From Candidatus Binatia bacterium (GTDB lineage: Bacteria > Desulfobacterota > Binatia > UBA9968): a stretch of 64,000 nucleotides of DNA. The stretch spans positions 1,211-65,210 of the forward strand of contig JBGPGE010000008.1 in the NCBI GenBank assembly GCA_041483675.1, given 5' to 3'. The notes under the pieces were generated by a model. That model was not told where the DNA came from. It saw only the letters and a list, made by a program, of their open reading frames with translations, and made no database searches. The position numbers were made by a program, and so were the translations under genes. Shown here piece by piece: positions 7,899-17,080 of this stretch (position 1 is its first letter; the number at the start of each line of letters is the position of its first letter).

Positions 7899-8813
7899 GT
7901 GTACACAAGAATCTTAGTCCCGCTGGACGGATCGCCGCGATCCGAGGGAATTCTGCCTTACACCCGCGCTTTAGCGAACGCGCATAAAATCCCGCTGGAG
8001 CTGCTGCATGTCATAGAGCCTCAAATTATTTCCACCTTCTCCGACCCGGCTCATGCGCGCTATGCGGATGTCGTGGAAGCCGACATGCGAAGAAACGGCC
8101 TCGCCTATCTGAAGACGGTCGCCGCGTCGCTCCCCAACTCCGCGGCGGTGCGCTGTTCGGTGTACGTGGGAAATCCCGCCGAGGTGATCGTCGACAGCGC
8201 CGCGGGCCAGGCCGGCACCTTGATAACCATGGCGACGCACGGCCGTTCCGGGATTCAGCGCTGGCTGATCGGCAGCGTGGCCGACAAGGTGCTGCACGGA
8301 ACAACCAGCCACCTCCTTTTGGCCCGAACCGAGACCGGCCACAAAAATCACGAATCGGCTGCTCTCAAAACGGTCATCGCGCCGCTGGACGGCTCCGGCC
8401 TTGCCGAGACTGCGCTGCCCGCCGTCGTTGCCCTGGCCAAAACCATGGCCCTGGAGATCGTGCTGGTCCGGGCGTTCATCCCGCCTTCGGGCGCTCTATA
8501 CGCCACCGACGAATATGTGCCCAACCTGATCGAAATCACCGAGCAGGCGCGACGGGAAGTGAAAAGCTACCTGGAGGGAAAAGTTCAGCAATTGCAGGCA
8601 GAAGGATTGAGCCGAGTCTCTTACCTGCTCGTGGAAGGGCAGGCCGCCGCCGAGATCATCGATCTGGCGCGCAAGACTCCCGACAATCTGGTGGCCATCT
8701 CCACCCACGGGAGATCGGGGGTGGGCCGCTGGGTGTTGGGCAGCGTCACCGACCGCGTGGTGCGCTACTCGGGCGATCCGGTGCTGATAATTCCGCCGAA
8801 CAAAGGCAAGTAG
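7899..8813 (+). CDS. tandem universal stress protein (two Usp domains)
   Basis: Two repeats of the Usp signature (ATHGRSGIQRWLIGSVADKVL and STHGRSGVGRWVLGSVTDRVV). Confidence 0.9.
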   Translation: MYTRILVPLDGSPRSEGILPYTRALANAHKIPLELLHVIEPQIISTFSDPAHARYADVVEADMRRNGLAYLKTVAASLPNSAAVRCSVYVGNPAEVIVDSAAGQAGTLITMATHGRSGIQRWLIGSVADKVLHGTTSHLLLARTETGHKNHESAALKTVIAPLDGSGLAETALPAVVALAKTMALEIVLVRAFIPPSGALYATDEYVPNLIEITEQARREVKSYLEGKVQQLQAEGLSRVSYLLVEGQAAAEIIDLARKTPDNLVAISTHGRSGVGRWVLGSVTDRVVRYSGDPVLIIPPNKGK

Positions 8814-8835
8814 GTCCAGCGAAGCCCGCGCCATT

Positions 8836-8993
8836 CGTCATGCCCGCGAAAGCCGGCATCCAGAACCCCCACTAAATCTCCCCCTTGCTAAGGGGCGACC
8901 CCCTCTTAATCTCCCCCTTTGTAAGGGGGAGAGACAGAGGGGGTATGGATTCCGGCTCGCCCCCCGCTTTCACGGGGGTCGGCCGGAATGACG
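8836..8993. repeat. composite intergenic hairpin repeat (GTCATnCCCGC...GCGGGnATCC family plus CCCCTT...AAGGGG hairpins)
   Basis: Unit cgtcatgcccgcgaaagccggcatccag with inverted partner ggattccggc...gccggaatgacg. Two internal cccctt/aagggg hairpins. Related units at 16015, 39825, 46495 and 54801. Confidence 0.7.
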
Positions 8994-9027
8994 TTCGGAA
9001 TTAGCTGACGAATTTTCGAGAGGCAGG

Positions 9028-9453
9028 CTAGCGCCACAGCCGGCGTAACTCTTCCGGCAGGATATTCTTGACGTCGTCGATCTCGCCGTCGCTGATGTGC
9101 CTCGCCAGCACGTTAAAGACTGCGCGAGCGACCTTTTCCGCGTCTACCCCCTCGCTGTTTCTGAACGCGCTCTTCACATGAGCGAGGAATTCGTCCTGGT
9201 GCCGCTCCTTGACGGGCTTACCGCTGGGATTCCAACCCTCGTAGTAACAACCCCGAACCAGCATCGGCAACTGGGCCGCAAGGTGCGCGGCCTCCGCGAC
9301 CGAGAGCCGATCGCGCAGCGCGTGAAGCACGCTCCTGAGCGCCGTGTAGGCCTTATGCTCGTCCTCCCACCCCAGCTCCCGCATGAGATCGGTCAGCCAG
9401 ATATGGGTTTTCTCCAGAGTCTTGCTGAAGAGTGTGTTGACGTTTGCGTTCAT
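9028..9453 (-). CDS. DUF2267 domain-containing protein
   Basis: Typical DUF2267 sequence (TLEKTHIWLTDLMRELG...AYTALRSVLHALRDRLSVAEAAHLAAQLPMLVRGCYYEGW). Confidence 0.8.
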   Translation of the reverse strand: MNANVNTLFSKTLEKTHIWLTDLMRELGWEDEHKAYTALRSVLHALRDRLSVAEAAHLAAQLPMLVRGCYYEGWNPSGKPVKERHQDEFLAHVKSAFRNSEGVDAEKVARAVFNVLARHISDGEIDDVKNILPEELRRLWR

Positions 9454-9486
9454 CCCGTGTCCCCCCTTGCTTATCCCGTGCGTGGA

Positions 9487-11952
9487 TCACGTCCCCGCCG
9501 GGGACCCTTCGCGACCGTTTGCGCTGAAGAACCCTTTGAGCCCCAACGCCAAGTCTCTGAGCCTGCGACCGACCGCGTCGTTCACGGTTCCTTCCTCCCC
9601 TATTCTCCCCGCACGCATCCCGGTGAGGATCTCCAGACCTTCGTCGATCGTGCGCACCGGATAGATGTGAAACTTGCGCTCCGCCACCGCCTGAACGACA
9701 TCGGCGCGAAGGATCAGATTGCGAACGTTCGCCGCGGGGATCATGACGCCTTGCTTGCCCGACAGTTCCGTTGTCCGGCAAACGTCGTAGAAGCCCTCGA
9801 CCTTTTCATTCACGCCGCCGATCGCCTGCACTTCGCCCGACTGGTTCACCGATCCGGTCACCGCGATGTCCTGGCGCAGCGGGATGCCCGAAAGACGGGA
9901 CAACAGCGCATAGAGCTCGGCCGAGGAGGCGCTGTCGCCCTCTACGCCGGTGTAGGATTGCTCGAAACAGAGACTCGCTGATAGAGCCAGCGGTTTGTCC
10001 TGACCGAAGCGGTTTCGAAGGTAGCCGGACAGAATGAGCACCCCTTTGTCGTGGATGCTCCCGCTCAAGTGAGACTCGCGCTCGATGTTAACGATCCCCG
10101 CTTGACCCATCGCCACGCTGGCCGTAACTCGCGCGGGCCGGCCGAACGTGTAGGTTCCGATATCGAGCACCGACAGCCCGTTGACCTGCCCTACTTTCCG
10201 GCCGTCGATGTCGATGAGCAGCGTGCCCTTCGCGATCAATTCTCTGATCTCCTCCTCGATGCGGTTCGAGCGAAACACTCTCTGCTGAAGCGCCCTTTCG
10301 ATATGGCGGCTGCCGACCGTTTGATCTTTGTCCTTCCGGGCCCAATAGGCGGCTTCACGCACCAGATCGGCGACTTCCGCGTAGGATGCCGAGACCTTTT
10401 CCCGATCCTCCGCTTTCCGAGCGCCGAACTCGGCCAACCGCTCGACGGCCCCGTGATCGAGGTGCGGGAGCTTCTCCTCGCTGCAGAGTTTCGCGACCCA
10501 CTGGGCATACACCAACAGGTGGCCCTGCTCCAGTTCCATGGCGTCGCGAAAATCCGCCCGCACCTTGAAGATCGCGCGGAATTCCTCATCCCAGATGCAT
10601 AGGAGGTGATAAAGCAGCGGGCTGCCGACGACAACTACCTTCGTGTTGATGGCCACCGGCTCGGGCTTCAAACCGGAGGCGGAGAAGAGGGCGAAAGGTT
10701 CGTAGGTCTCCATCTCGATCAGACCGCTTCTCAGCGTGCGCCTGAGAACCTTCCACACCGCCGGCTCGGTCAGAGCATCCTCCAGGCTGAAAATCAAATA
10801 GCCGCCGTGGGCGCGCAACAGCGACCCGGACTTGATCCGCGTAAAATTCGTCACCACCCGCCCGAAGCGATCCACCACTCGCTCGATGGTTCCGAAGAGA
10901 TTCAAATACGTCGGCGAGCCTTCGACCAGCACGGGCGCGCCCTCGGTCCCGGAGTTATCCACGACCAGATTCACGTCGTATTCCAAAAAGGCGTCACGCT
11001 CCTGCTGGTGGGGGGCAAACAGGAAGGGCATTAAGGGAGCCGTCCCTTCTTTAAAATCGTCCAGGTTGTCGAGCATGTGCGCCCGCACCTCTAAAAGGTA
11101 GGAGCTCACTTTTTTATTGTCCATCTCGCGCTCGATCTCCGCGATCAAGGGATTGAGAAGCTGCTCGCAGAACCGGCGCTCCACCATACGGATATCGGCC
11201 TCCATCTCGCGCATGACCTCGCGCTGCTTGCCGGCCATCTCCGCCATCTCGGCCATCAAGCCCTGCTGCCGTTTTTCGATCTCCGCCTGCTCCGCCTCGC
11301 TCAAGCGAGAAAAATCCTTGGGACTCTGCACCGGCTCGCCGTCGACGATGGGGATAAACAGGATCTCGCCGCCATGACCGACCTGCACCAGGAAGCCTCT
11401 CTCCCGCGCCAGCTTTTCAAACTGCGCGCTTAGCTCTTGCGCCCGCCTGCCGTACTTCTCTCTCAGCAGCGTCTTTTCCCTGTCGAATGCCTCATGGCGA
11501 AAAGCCTTGGGAAGTTCCTCTCTCAACCGTTTGACCAGGTTGCGCATCAACTCTCTCAGGCGATGGCCTTTCCCCGACTCAAGATAGACCGCCTGTGGAG
11601 CATCGGGCCGCTGGAAATTGTGCACGTATACCCAATCGCCCGGCGTCGGCGAGGCGGCCGCCCGCTCGGCAATCCAGTGCTGGAGAGCCGGCAGCTTCTC
11701 GGCTCCGGCGAGACCCGAGACAAAGATGTTGAATCCGCTTTGGGGCATGCCGAGACCGAGTTCAAGGGCGGCCAGCGCGCGTTCCTGTCCGGCGAAACCC
11801 AGCGCCGGGGTGAGCTCTTCCGTCGTCGTAAAGGCGATGTCGAGTTTGACGGAGAATCTGAGCTCATCGGCCCGAAGCTCAACCGGAAGGCAGAAGCCGT
11901 CCGATCCTCCAGCGCCTTCTCGCTCCTTTTCCACTATCGCAGCCCGGCTCAT
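9487..11952 (-). CDS. Lon-like protease with degenerate Walker A (LonC-like), S16 Ser-Lys protease domain
   Basis: C-terminal Lon protease domain (VEGDSASSAELYALLS, GGVNEKVEGF). AAA-like domain with GLAGAEKL in place of GxxGxGK[ST] and a coiled-coil insertion. Start chosen at ATG 11952, which overlaps the hsp20 stop as ATGA. Confidence 0.8.
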   Translation of the reverse strand: MSRAAIVEKEREGAGGSDGFCLPVELRADELRFSVKLDIAFTTTEELTPALGFAGQERALAALELGLGMPQSGFNIFVSGLAGAEKLPALQHWIAERAAASPTPGDWVYVHNFQRPDAPQAVYLESGKGHRLRELMRNLVKRLREELPKAFRHEAFDREKTLLREKYGRRAQELSAQFEKLARERGFLVQVGHGGEILFIPIVDGEPVQSPKDFSRLSEAEQAEIEKRQQGLMAEMAEMAGKQREVMREMEADIRMVERRFCEQLLNPLIAEIEREMDNKKVSSYLLEVRAHMLDNLDDFKEGTAPLMPFLFAPHQQERDAFLEYDVNLVVDNSGTEGAPVLVEGSPTYLNLFGTIERVVDRFGRVVTNFTRIKSGSLLRAHGGYLIFSLEDALTEPAVWKVLRRTLRSGLIEMETYEPFALFSASGLKPEPVAINTKVVVVGSPLLYHLLCIWDEEFRAIFKVRADFRDAMELEQGHLLVYAQWVAKLCSEEKLPHLDHGAVERLAEFGARKAEDREKVSASYAEVADLVREAAYWARKDKDQTVGSRHIERALQQRVFRSNRIEEEIRELIAKGTLLIDIDGRKVGQVNGLSVLDIGTYTFGRPARVTASVAMGQAGIVNIERESHLSGSIHDKGVLILSGYLRNRFGQDKPLALSASLCFEQSYTGVEGDSASSAELYALLSRLSGIPLRQDIAVTGSVNQSGEVQAIGGVNEKVEGFYDVCRTTELSGKQGVMIPAANVRNLILRADVVQAVAERKFHIYPVRTIDEGLEILTGMRAGRIGEEGTVNDAVGRRLRDLALGLKGFFSANGREGSPAGT

Positions 11953-12371
11953 AAGGACGATCCCGTCTTGGCGAGTTTCGGCAGGATAACCCGCAGGACC
12001 CCTGCGCTGAAATCGGCCTTGATCCGGTCCTTGTCCACCGACTCGGGGAGCGGTACTTCCCGAAAGAAGTCGCCGAACGAGCGCTCCTGGCAACAGAATC
12101 TGCCATTGCGATAGCTCCGGTCGGAGGAACGTCGGCCCTGCAGGAGCAATTTATTCCCCTCCACTTCTACCTTCACGTCTTCTCTTCTTACCCCGGGAAG
12201 GTCCGCATCAAGAATAAACGCTTCCGGTGTCTCGTAGAGATCCACAGCGGGGCGCCACTCCAGCAACTCGGTCCGAAGGCCCCACGGACGGTGAATAATC
12301 TCCTCGAAGAGCCGGTCCAGCTCTTTGTGGAGGCGTAGCGGGAATGAGTACAACTTACTGTGTGAGGGCAT
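11949..12371 (-). CDS. Hsp20/alpha-crystallin family small heat-shock protein
   Basis: Alpha-crystallin domain (PAVDLYETPEAFILDADLPGVRREDVKVEVEGNKLLLQG...FSAGVLRVILPK). Confidence 0.9.
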   Translation of the reverse strand: MPSHSKLYSFPLRLHKELDRLFEEIIHRPWGLRTELLEWRPAVDLYETPEAFILDADLPGVRREDVKVEVEGNKLLLQGRRSSDRSYRNGRFCCQERSFGDFFREVPLPESVDKDRIKADFSAGVLRVILPKLAKTGSSL

Positions 12372-12414
12372 ACGCTCGCCTCACGATCTCTTGAGCGACC
12401 GACGCGCCTCCTTC

Positions 12415-13875
12415 CTAGGCGGCGACAGGCAGCGTCAATCCCAACCCTTTGGCTACCCCCATGCCGTACTCCGGGTCGGCCTTGAGAAAGTGCTGAATTT
12501 GCCGTTCCTGAATGTAACGCGGCACCGGCTTCATGGCATTGACGATATTTTCTATGAGCCTTCTCTTCTCATCCGGCTTCATCAGACGAAAGAGGTTTCC
12601 CGCCTGGGTGTAGTCGTCGTTGCCCACGCGATGATCGTAGCGGTCCGCGTCCCCGGAGATTCGCAGCGGCGGCTCCTTCAAGCCGGAATCTTCCATCGGC
12701 CCGTCGAAGCTGTTGGGCTCGTAGTTGACGGCGCCGCCGTAGTTGCCGTCGAAGCGCATCGAGCCGTCGCGGTGATAGGTATGCACCGGACAGCGCGCCT
12801 TGTTGACCGGCAGATCCGCGTAGTTGGCGCCGCCGAGGCGGTACCGATGGGCGTCGGCGTAGGCGAAGATGCGGAACTGGAGCATCTTGTCCGGCGAGAA
12901 GCCGATGCCCGGCACGATGTTGGACGGCTCGAACGCCGCCTGTTCGACCTCCGCGAAATAGTTCTCCGGGTTGCGGTTGAGCTCCATGATCCCCACCTCG
13001 ATCAGCGGGTAGTCCTTGTGCGGCCAGACCTTGGTCAGATCGAAGAGGTTATAGGGAGTTTTCTCGGCCTCCTTCTCGGGCATGATCTGGACGCAGAAAC
13101 GCCATTTGGGGAAATCGCCGCGCTCGATCGCTTGAAACAGATCGCGCTGATGGCTCTCGCGATCGTCGCCGACGATCTTGGCGGCTTCGCCGTCGGTGAG
13201 GCATTGTATGCCCTGCATGGTCTTGAAGTGAAACTTCACCCAGAAGCGCTCGTTTTTCCCGTTGATGAGGCTGTAGGTGTGCGAACCATAGCCGTTGATG
13301 TGCCGGTAGCTCTTGGGGAGGCCACGATCGGAAAACAGAATCGTCACCTGATGGAGACTTTTCGGAGAGAGGGACCAAAAATCCCACATCGCCGTGGGGC
13401 TCCGCAGGTTGGTCTTGGGGTCGCGCTTTTGCGTGCGTATGAAGTCCGGAAACTTATACGGGTCGCGCACGAAAAACACCGGCGTATTGTTGCCGACCAG
13501 GTCCCAGTTGCCTTCCTCGGTGTAGAACTTGAGCGCGAAGCCGCGCACGTCGCGCTCCGCGTCGGCGGCGCCGCGCTCGCCGGCAACGGTCGAGAACCGC
13601 AGGAAGCAGTCGGTCTTCTTGCCGGCTTGCGAAAACACCTTGGCCTTCGAGTATCGGGCGATGTCGTGGGTGATAGTCAACGCGCCGTAGGCGCCGGAGC
13701 CTTTGGCGTGGACTATCCGCTCGGGAATCCGCTCCCGATTGAAGTGCGCGTGCTTCTCAAAGAGCTGCCAGTCCTGGACCAGCAGCGGCCCGCGCGCGCC
13801 TGCCGTCAGTGAATTTTGGTTATCGGTGACCGGGCTCCCGCTCGCCGTGGTCAATGTATTTTGCTTCTTCGCCAT
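12415..13875 (-). CDS. katA: monofunctional heme catalase (small-subunit type)
   Basis: [26 protein letters not shown]-like and RLFSY-like regions. 486 aa. Confidence 0.95.
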   Translation of the reverse strand: MAKKQNTLTTASGSPVTDNQNSLTAGARGPLLVQDWQLFEKHAHFNRERIPERIVHAKGSGAYGALTITHDIARYSKAKVFSQAGKKTDCFLRFSTVAGERGAADAERDVRGFALKFYTEEGNWDLVGNNTPVFFVRDPYKFPDFIRTQKRDPKTNLRSPTAMWDFWSLSPKSLHQVTILFSDRGLPKSYRHINGYGSHTYSLINGKNERFWVKFHFKTMQGIQCLTDGEAAKIVGDDRESHQRDLFQAIERGDFPKWRFCVQIMPEKEAEKTPYNLFDLTKVWPHKDYPLIEVGIMELNRNPENYFAEVEQAAFEPSNIVPGIGFSPDKMLQFRIFAYADAHRYRLGGANYADLPVNKARCPVHTYHRDGSMRFDGNYGGAVNYEPNSFDGPMEDSGLKEPPLRISGDADRYDHRVGNDDYTQAGNLFRLMKPDEKRRLIENIVNAMKPVPRYIQERQIQHFLKADPEYGMGVAKGLGLTLPVAA

Positions 13876-13878
13876 AAA

Positions 13879-14232
13879 TCATTTCTCCTTGGTCGGATTT
13901 CGTTGTTGCGACCGATGCGCAGGCTGCCGGCGGCGCGAAACCCGCTTATTGCATAGCTCCTTGAGCTCGGCGAGCACCATCTGTTCCGCCTCCAACCAGT
14001 CGTCCAGGTCGCAGCCGTGGATCCGGCCCCGTTTGCAGAACAAGTCGTATGCCTTCTCGCCGATTTTTATATGAAGCGTATGGTCGCCGATGGCCGGTTC
14101 GGTGAGATGGAGGGCGAAGGCCGCGCCCGGCGGGGGAAGGCTTTTTCTGTACGATTGATTGCCGATGGTTGACTCGGGAAGGTAAGGGACGTGGGGCGGC
14201 TTCGTCGGCTCGACGTTTTTCTGCTTTTCCAT
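13879..14232 (-). CDS. DUF2934 domain-containing protein
   Basis: IGEKAYDLFCKRGRIHGCDLDDWLEAE matches the DUF2934 signature. 3 nt upstream of the catalase gene. Confidence 0.65.
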   Translation of the reverse strand: MEKQKNVEPTKPPHVPYLPESTIGNQSYRKSLPPPGAAFALHLTEPAIGDHTLHIKIGEKAYDLFCKRGRIHGCDLDDWLEAEQMVLAELKELCNKRVSRRRQPAHRSQQRNPTKEK

Positions 14233-14254
14233 GCGACACTCCCTGCGCGTGAAG

Positions 14255-15220
14255 CTAAGCCGCGCAGCTCTTGTCGTCCCATCCGTTGAGCCGGTCCAGA
14301 TAACCTAACTTTCTAAGCGCCGCGACAATCCGCCGCTCGGATCCCCAATCGCTCCAGAAGACTCCGTGAACCGGCAGGACCAACAGACGGGCGGCGCGCT
14401 CGCGCGCAACTGCTTCCAGCAGGCCGGTGGAAAAATTCATCGGCGCGATCCGGTTGTAGGCCGTTTCGACCGCCTCCGTTTCCGCCGCCGTCCCGATCGC
14501 GTCGTGGATCGAGAGAAACACGCGCCACAACTCCGGAGAAGCTTCACAGACAAGCTCCAACAGAGTCTCAACTTTAAAAACCATCACCATCGTGTTCCAC
14601 AACCCCCCGCCGAGGAGGAACTCCCGCGCCGTATGGCGATCCGGCTTTTCCCTGAACCGCGCGATCCGGTGGACCGCCAAAGGCGCCAGCCGCGTCACCG
14701 GCTCTCCGGGGAGGATGTACCCATACTCGGATTCGGGTTCATCCGGCTTCATCCCTAAAAGAACCAGGTGGCCGGGAAGGCGCTCGACCACGCGGCAAGC
14801 CAGATCGACATGGGCGGCGAAGAGTTCCTCCTCCACAATGAAATGATCGGACGGGAAGACCACGACCGTCGCGTCGGGATATTTTTTGTAGATGTGCATC
14901 AACGGAAGCAGAAGGCCGGGCGCAGTCTCTTTGTTCTCCGGCTGTACCACCACGGTGCTTTGAGGCCGCCGGGAAAGCTGGCGGCGCACTTCTGTGTGAG
15001 TTAAATGCGCCTTGCTTACTACGGTAAAAATGCGCTCGGGCGCGATCAAACTATCGGCCCGCTCGAAGGTATGTTCGAGCATCGAGCGGGCACCGATGAA
15101 ATTCACGTATTGTTTCGGCAGCGCGTTTCCGCGCAGACGCCGGACAAAAGGCTCAAGCCGCCTCCCCTCTCCCGCAGCCAAAACCACCCCGCAGCGATGC
15201 GAGGTGCCGTGAATTTGCAT
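14255..15220 (-). CDS. sugar-phosphate nucleotidyltransferase (mannose-1-phosphate guanylyltransferase-like)
   Basis: VVLAAGEGRRL...LPKQY N-terminal NTP-transferase motif. Start moved to ATG 15220 (GAGGAG RBS) because the sigma54 promoter at 15262-15276 overlaps the longer ORF. Confidence 0.75.
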   Translation of the reverse strand: MQIHGTSHRCGVVLAAGEGRRLEPFVRRLRGNALPKQYVNFIGARSMLEHTFERADSLIAPERIFTVVSKAHLTHTEVRRQLSRRPQSTVVVQPENKETAPGLLLPLMHIYKKYPDATVVVFPSDHFIVEEELFAAHVDLACRVVERLPGHLVLLGMKPDEPESEYGYILPGEPVTRLAPLAVHRIARFREKPDRHTAREFLLGGGLWNTMVMVFKVETLLELVCEASPELWRVFLSIHDAIGTAAETEAVETAYNRIAPMNFSTGLLEAVARERAARLLVLPVHGVFWSDWGSERRIVAALRKLGYLDRLNGWDDKSCAA

Positions 15221-15261
15221 GAATCTATTCTCCTCAATGGCCTGGTTGTAAATCATTAGAA

Positions 15262-15276
15262 GCAATGGCTATGCCA
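15262..15276 (-). promoter_or_regulatory. sigma54 -24/-12 promoter (TGGCATAGCCATTGC)
   Basis: Exact GG-N10-GC spacing. 41 nt upstream of ATG 15220. Heads the apparent six-gene minus-strand operon that runs down to 9028. Confidence 0.65.
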
Positions 15277-15316
15277 CGGCGACCCGCTATATTTTCCCGG
15301 CGGTGGGGAAACCGAG

Positions 15317-15334
15317 CTTGTCAACCTTGACAAG
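15317..15334. promoter_or_regulatory. perfect palindrome CTTGTCAA-CC-TTGACAAG
   Basis: Seen directly, between the divergent sigma54 promoters at 15262 and 15417. Confidence 0.35.
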
Positions 15335-15349
15335 AAACCGGGAGCCTCC

Positions 15350-15365
15350 TTTGCACGGGTGCAAA
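15350..15365. promoter_or_regulatory. candidate UAS, perfect palindrome TTTGCAC-GG-GTGCAAA
   Basis: Seen directly. 52 nt upstream of the + promoter and 74 nt upstream of the - promoter. Confidence 0.45.
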
Positions 15366-15416
15366 TAAAGCGGAGGGTGGCCCGCCATTCACGGCAGGGA
15401 GACCGGCAGGCAGAGA

Positions 15417-15431
15417 TGGCACGCTTTATGC
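15417..15431 (+). promoter_or_regulatory. sigma54 -24/-12 promoter (TGGCACGCTTTATGC)
   Basis: GG-N10-GC spacing. 31-49 nt upstream of the usp start candidates. Confidence 0.65.
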
Positions 15432-15480
15432 GGCGCGGAGTTGGCGGGAGCGGAAAACGGCAATGCGAAGCGAAGAAGAG

Positions 15481-15990
15481 ATGGCGAACCAAATCAAAAA
15501 AATCCTCGCCCCGACTGACCTGTCTGACTTCTCGCAGGCCGGGGTGCGCTACGCTCTGAACCTGGCGAGAGCGGTCGGCGCGGAGGTGACGGTTTATTAC
15601 GTCGTCGACCGGCGCGATCTAGCGCAGCACCATGACGGGGAGGAAGAAAAGGTGGGCATCGCCGCCGCCTTTCAGCAGTACGAGAGGCTCAGAAAAAGCC
15701 GCCAGCTTGCCCTGGCCCGATTCCTGAACACTCATTTCTCGGATCTGATTCCGTGGGTGAAAATTCGCGAAAAGGTGGAACTCGGCGTGCCGGCAAAGAG
15801 CATCGTCGAATGGGCGAAGACCGACGGCGCCGACCTCGTTGTGATCTCCATCTGCGGGAAAGGCGGCGCAGCCCACCAATTTGTCGGGAGCATCGCTGCG
15901 GAAGTGGTGCGGAACTCGTCTTGTCCGGTCCTGACGATCCCTCCGGAACCTGAGGAGGCGGAGAACCGCCAACTCATCGCGACAGGCTAA
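15481..15990 (+). CDS. universal stress protein
   Basis: KILAPTDLSDFS...ICGKGGAAHQFVGSIAAEVVRNSSCPVLTI. The start may instead be ATG 15463. Confidence 0.85.
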   Translation: MANQIKKILAPTDLSDFSQAGVRYALNLARAVGAEVTVYYVVDRRDLAQHHDGEEEKVGIAAAFQQYERLRKSRQLALARFLNTHFSDLIPWVKIREKVELGVPAKSIVEWAKTDGADLVVISICGKGGAAHQFVGSIAAEVVRNSSCPVLTIPPEPEEAENRQLIATG

Positions 15991-16014
15991 CGGAACGGTC
16001 GGCCCCTCTCGCTA

Positions 16015-16126
16015 TCATTCCCGCGAAAGCGATCCCTCACGGCGCGAGTCTTCGGGCCGCTCGGCTTCGCAGTGGAAGCCGGCGCTGGTTCGACCAAGCT
16101 CACCACCCTGAGCCAAGTCGAAGGGC
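16015..16126. repeat. degenerate copies of two intergenic repeat families
   Basis: atcattcccgcgaaagcgatccc (GTCATTCCCGC family) and ggttcgaccaagctcaccaccctgagccaagtcgaagggc (same family as 46408-46457). Confidence 0.5.
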
Positions 16127-16215
16127 CGGTCGTAGAGCCTGCGCATCCGATACTGCCGGGGGGAATAAGCAGCGACCCATTGCGCAGGCTTGGGTGAGGG
16201 TGGCGGCTTCCATCG

Positions 16216-16830
16216 TCAAGGGCGAAGCGCGGCGCTCAACGAATGTTTCCCCGCGAGCTTGACGGTGCTGGCCTGAGGCCCCCGGAGACCCTCCTCCTCC
16301 GCAAAAGTCACATCGACCCCGACTTTCAACCGCTCAAAGCCCGGCTCCAGCACGCTGTTTCGGTGAAAATAGATTTCCCTGCCGTCCGCGGTTTTCAGAA
16401 ATCCATAGCCTTCTTCGGAGAATAGCTTGGCGACGCGGGCGAGAGGCTGAGCCTCGTGGATTTTTTTGGTTCCGCGCTGGCGGCGCGCGAAATCCTGAAG
16501 TTTGCGGCGGGAGGCGTCGAAGGCGTCGCGCACGGCTACGTAAACATCGCTGTGCGCCGCGTGTTGGCTCGGCTCGCGGTTGATCACCAGCTCTCCGCCC
16601 GGGACGGCGATATCGATTCGCACATGGTAAAGCTTGCCCTTATGGTGGTGGCGGTGCGGCGCCTCGACGACGACTTTGCAACTGACAACCCTGTCATAGA
16701 ACGATTCCAGCTTGGCCGCCTTGTCCCGGATGTCGGCCTCGACCGCCTTGGAGGGAGACATGTTGCGAAACGCCACTCGCAGCGGTAACTCGGTGAAGAT
16801 TTTCTCGCTATTGCCGGATAGTTTTTTCAT
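16216..16830 (-). CDS. HPF/RaiA ribosome hibernation factor fused to a C-terminal cold-shock domain
   Basis: N-terminal part has S30AE/HPF features (LPLRVAFRNMSPSKAVEADIRDKAAKLESFYDRVVSCKVVVE). C-terminal part is a CSD (EGYGFLKTADGREIYFHRNSV...GVDVTFAEEEGLRGPQASTV). ATG 16830 has a GAGGAGG RBS. Confidence 0.8.
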   Translation of the reverse strand: MKKLSGNSEKIFTELPLRVAFRNMSPSKAVEADIRDKAAKLESFYDRVVSCKVVVEAPHRHHHKGKLYHVRIDIAVPGGELVINREPSQHAAHSDVYVAVRDAFDASRRKLQDFARRQRGTKKIHEAQPLARVAKLFSEEGYGFLKTADGREIYFHRNSVLEPGFERLKVGVDVTFAEEEGLRGPQASTVKLAGKHSLSAALRP

Positions 16831-16871
16831 AAGTCGTTCAACCTCCTCTGGATTTACCGAGCCTATAAGTG

Positions 16872-16886
16872 GCAAATCTTATGCCA
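16872..16886 (-). promoter_or_regulatory. sigma54 -24/-12 promoter (TGGCATAAGATTTGC)
   Basis: Consensus spacing. 41 nt upstream of ATG 16830. Confidence 0.65.
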
Positions 16887-16980
16887 CCATCGTTTCGGTC
16901 GATTTACGCCGACGCCGAAAGCCGGAAAAGGAAAATCCCGGGGCCAAACTTCCCACATCCGAGAACTACCAACCGGCGCC

Positions 16981-16996
16981 TTCGCAGCCGTGAGAA
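16981..16996. promoter_or_regulatory. candidate UAS-like imperfect inverted repeat TTCGCAG-CC-GTGAGAA
   Basis: Resembles the 7755, 15350 and 20073 elements. About 95 nt upstream of the minus-strand promoter at 16872. Confidence 0.25.
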
Positions 16997-17018
16997 GACC
17001 GACCTCTTCGCAAAGCCC

Positions 17019-17033
17019 TGGCACATCCCTTGC
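17019..17033 (+). promoter_or_regulatory. sigma54 -24/-12 promoter (TGGCACATCCCTTGC)
   Basis: Perfect TGGCAC-N5-TTGC. 47 nt upstream of the osmC ATG at 17081. Confidence 0.7.
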
Positions 17034-17080
17034 TCTCGATTCTTCCAGGGGCGATAGGCTGACGGAAAACGGAGGCTCAA

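Noticed and set aside
8836-8993. Possible CRISPR array from the repeated GTCAT.CCCGC and CCCCTT units (also at 39.8 and 46.4 kb)
   Set aside because: The units are inverted rather than direct. There are only one or two per locus, with no regular repeat-spacer periodicity and no cas genes. They fit REP/MITE-like elements.
9487-12093. 868-aa version of the Lon-like ORF
   Set aside because: The extra 47 codons overlap the hsp20 coding region. ATG 11952 forms an ATGA overlap with the hsp20 stop, a common coupling arrangement.
12325-13812. 495-aa ORF on the plus strand
   Set aside because: It lies entirely antisense to the unmistakable catalase gene. The Arg/Gly/Val-rich, low-complexity translation is typical of shadow ORFs in high-GC DNA.
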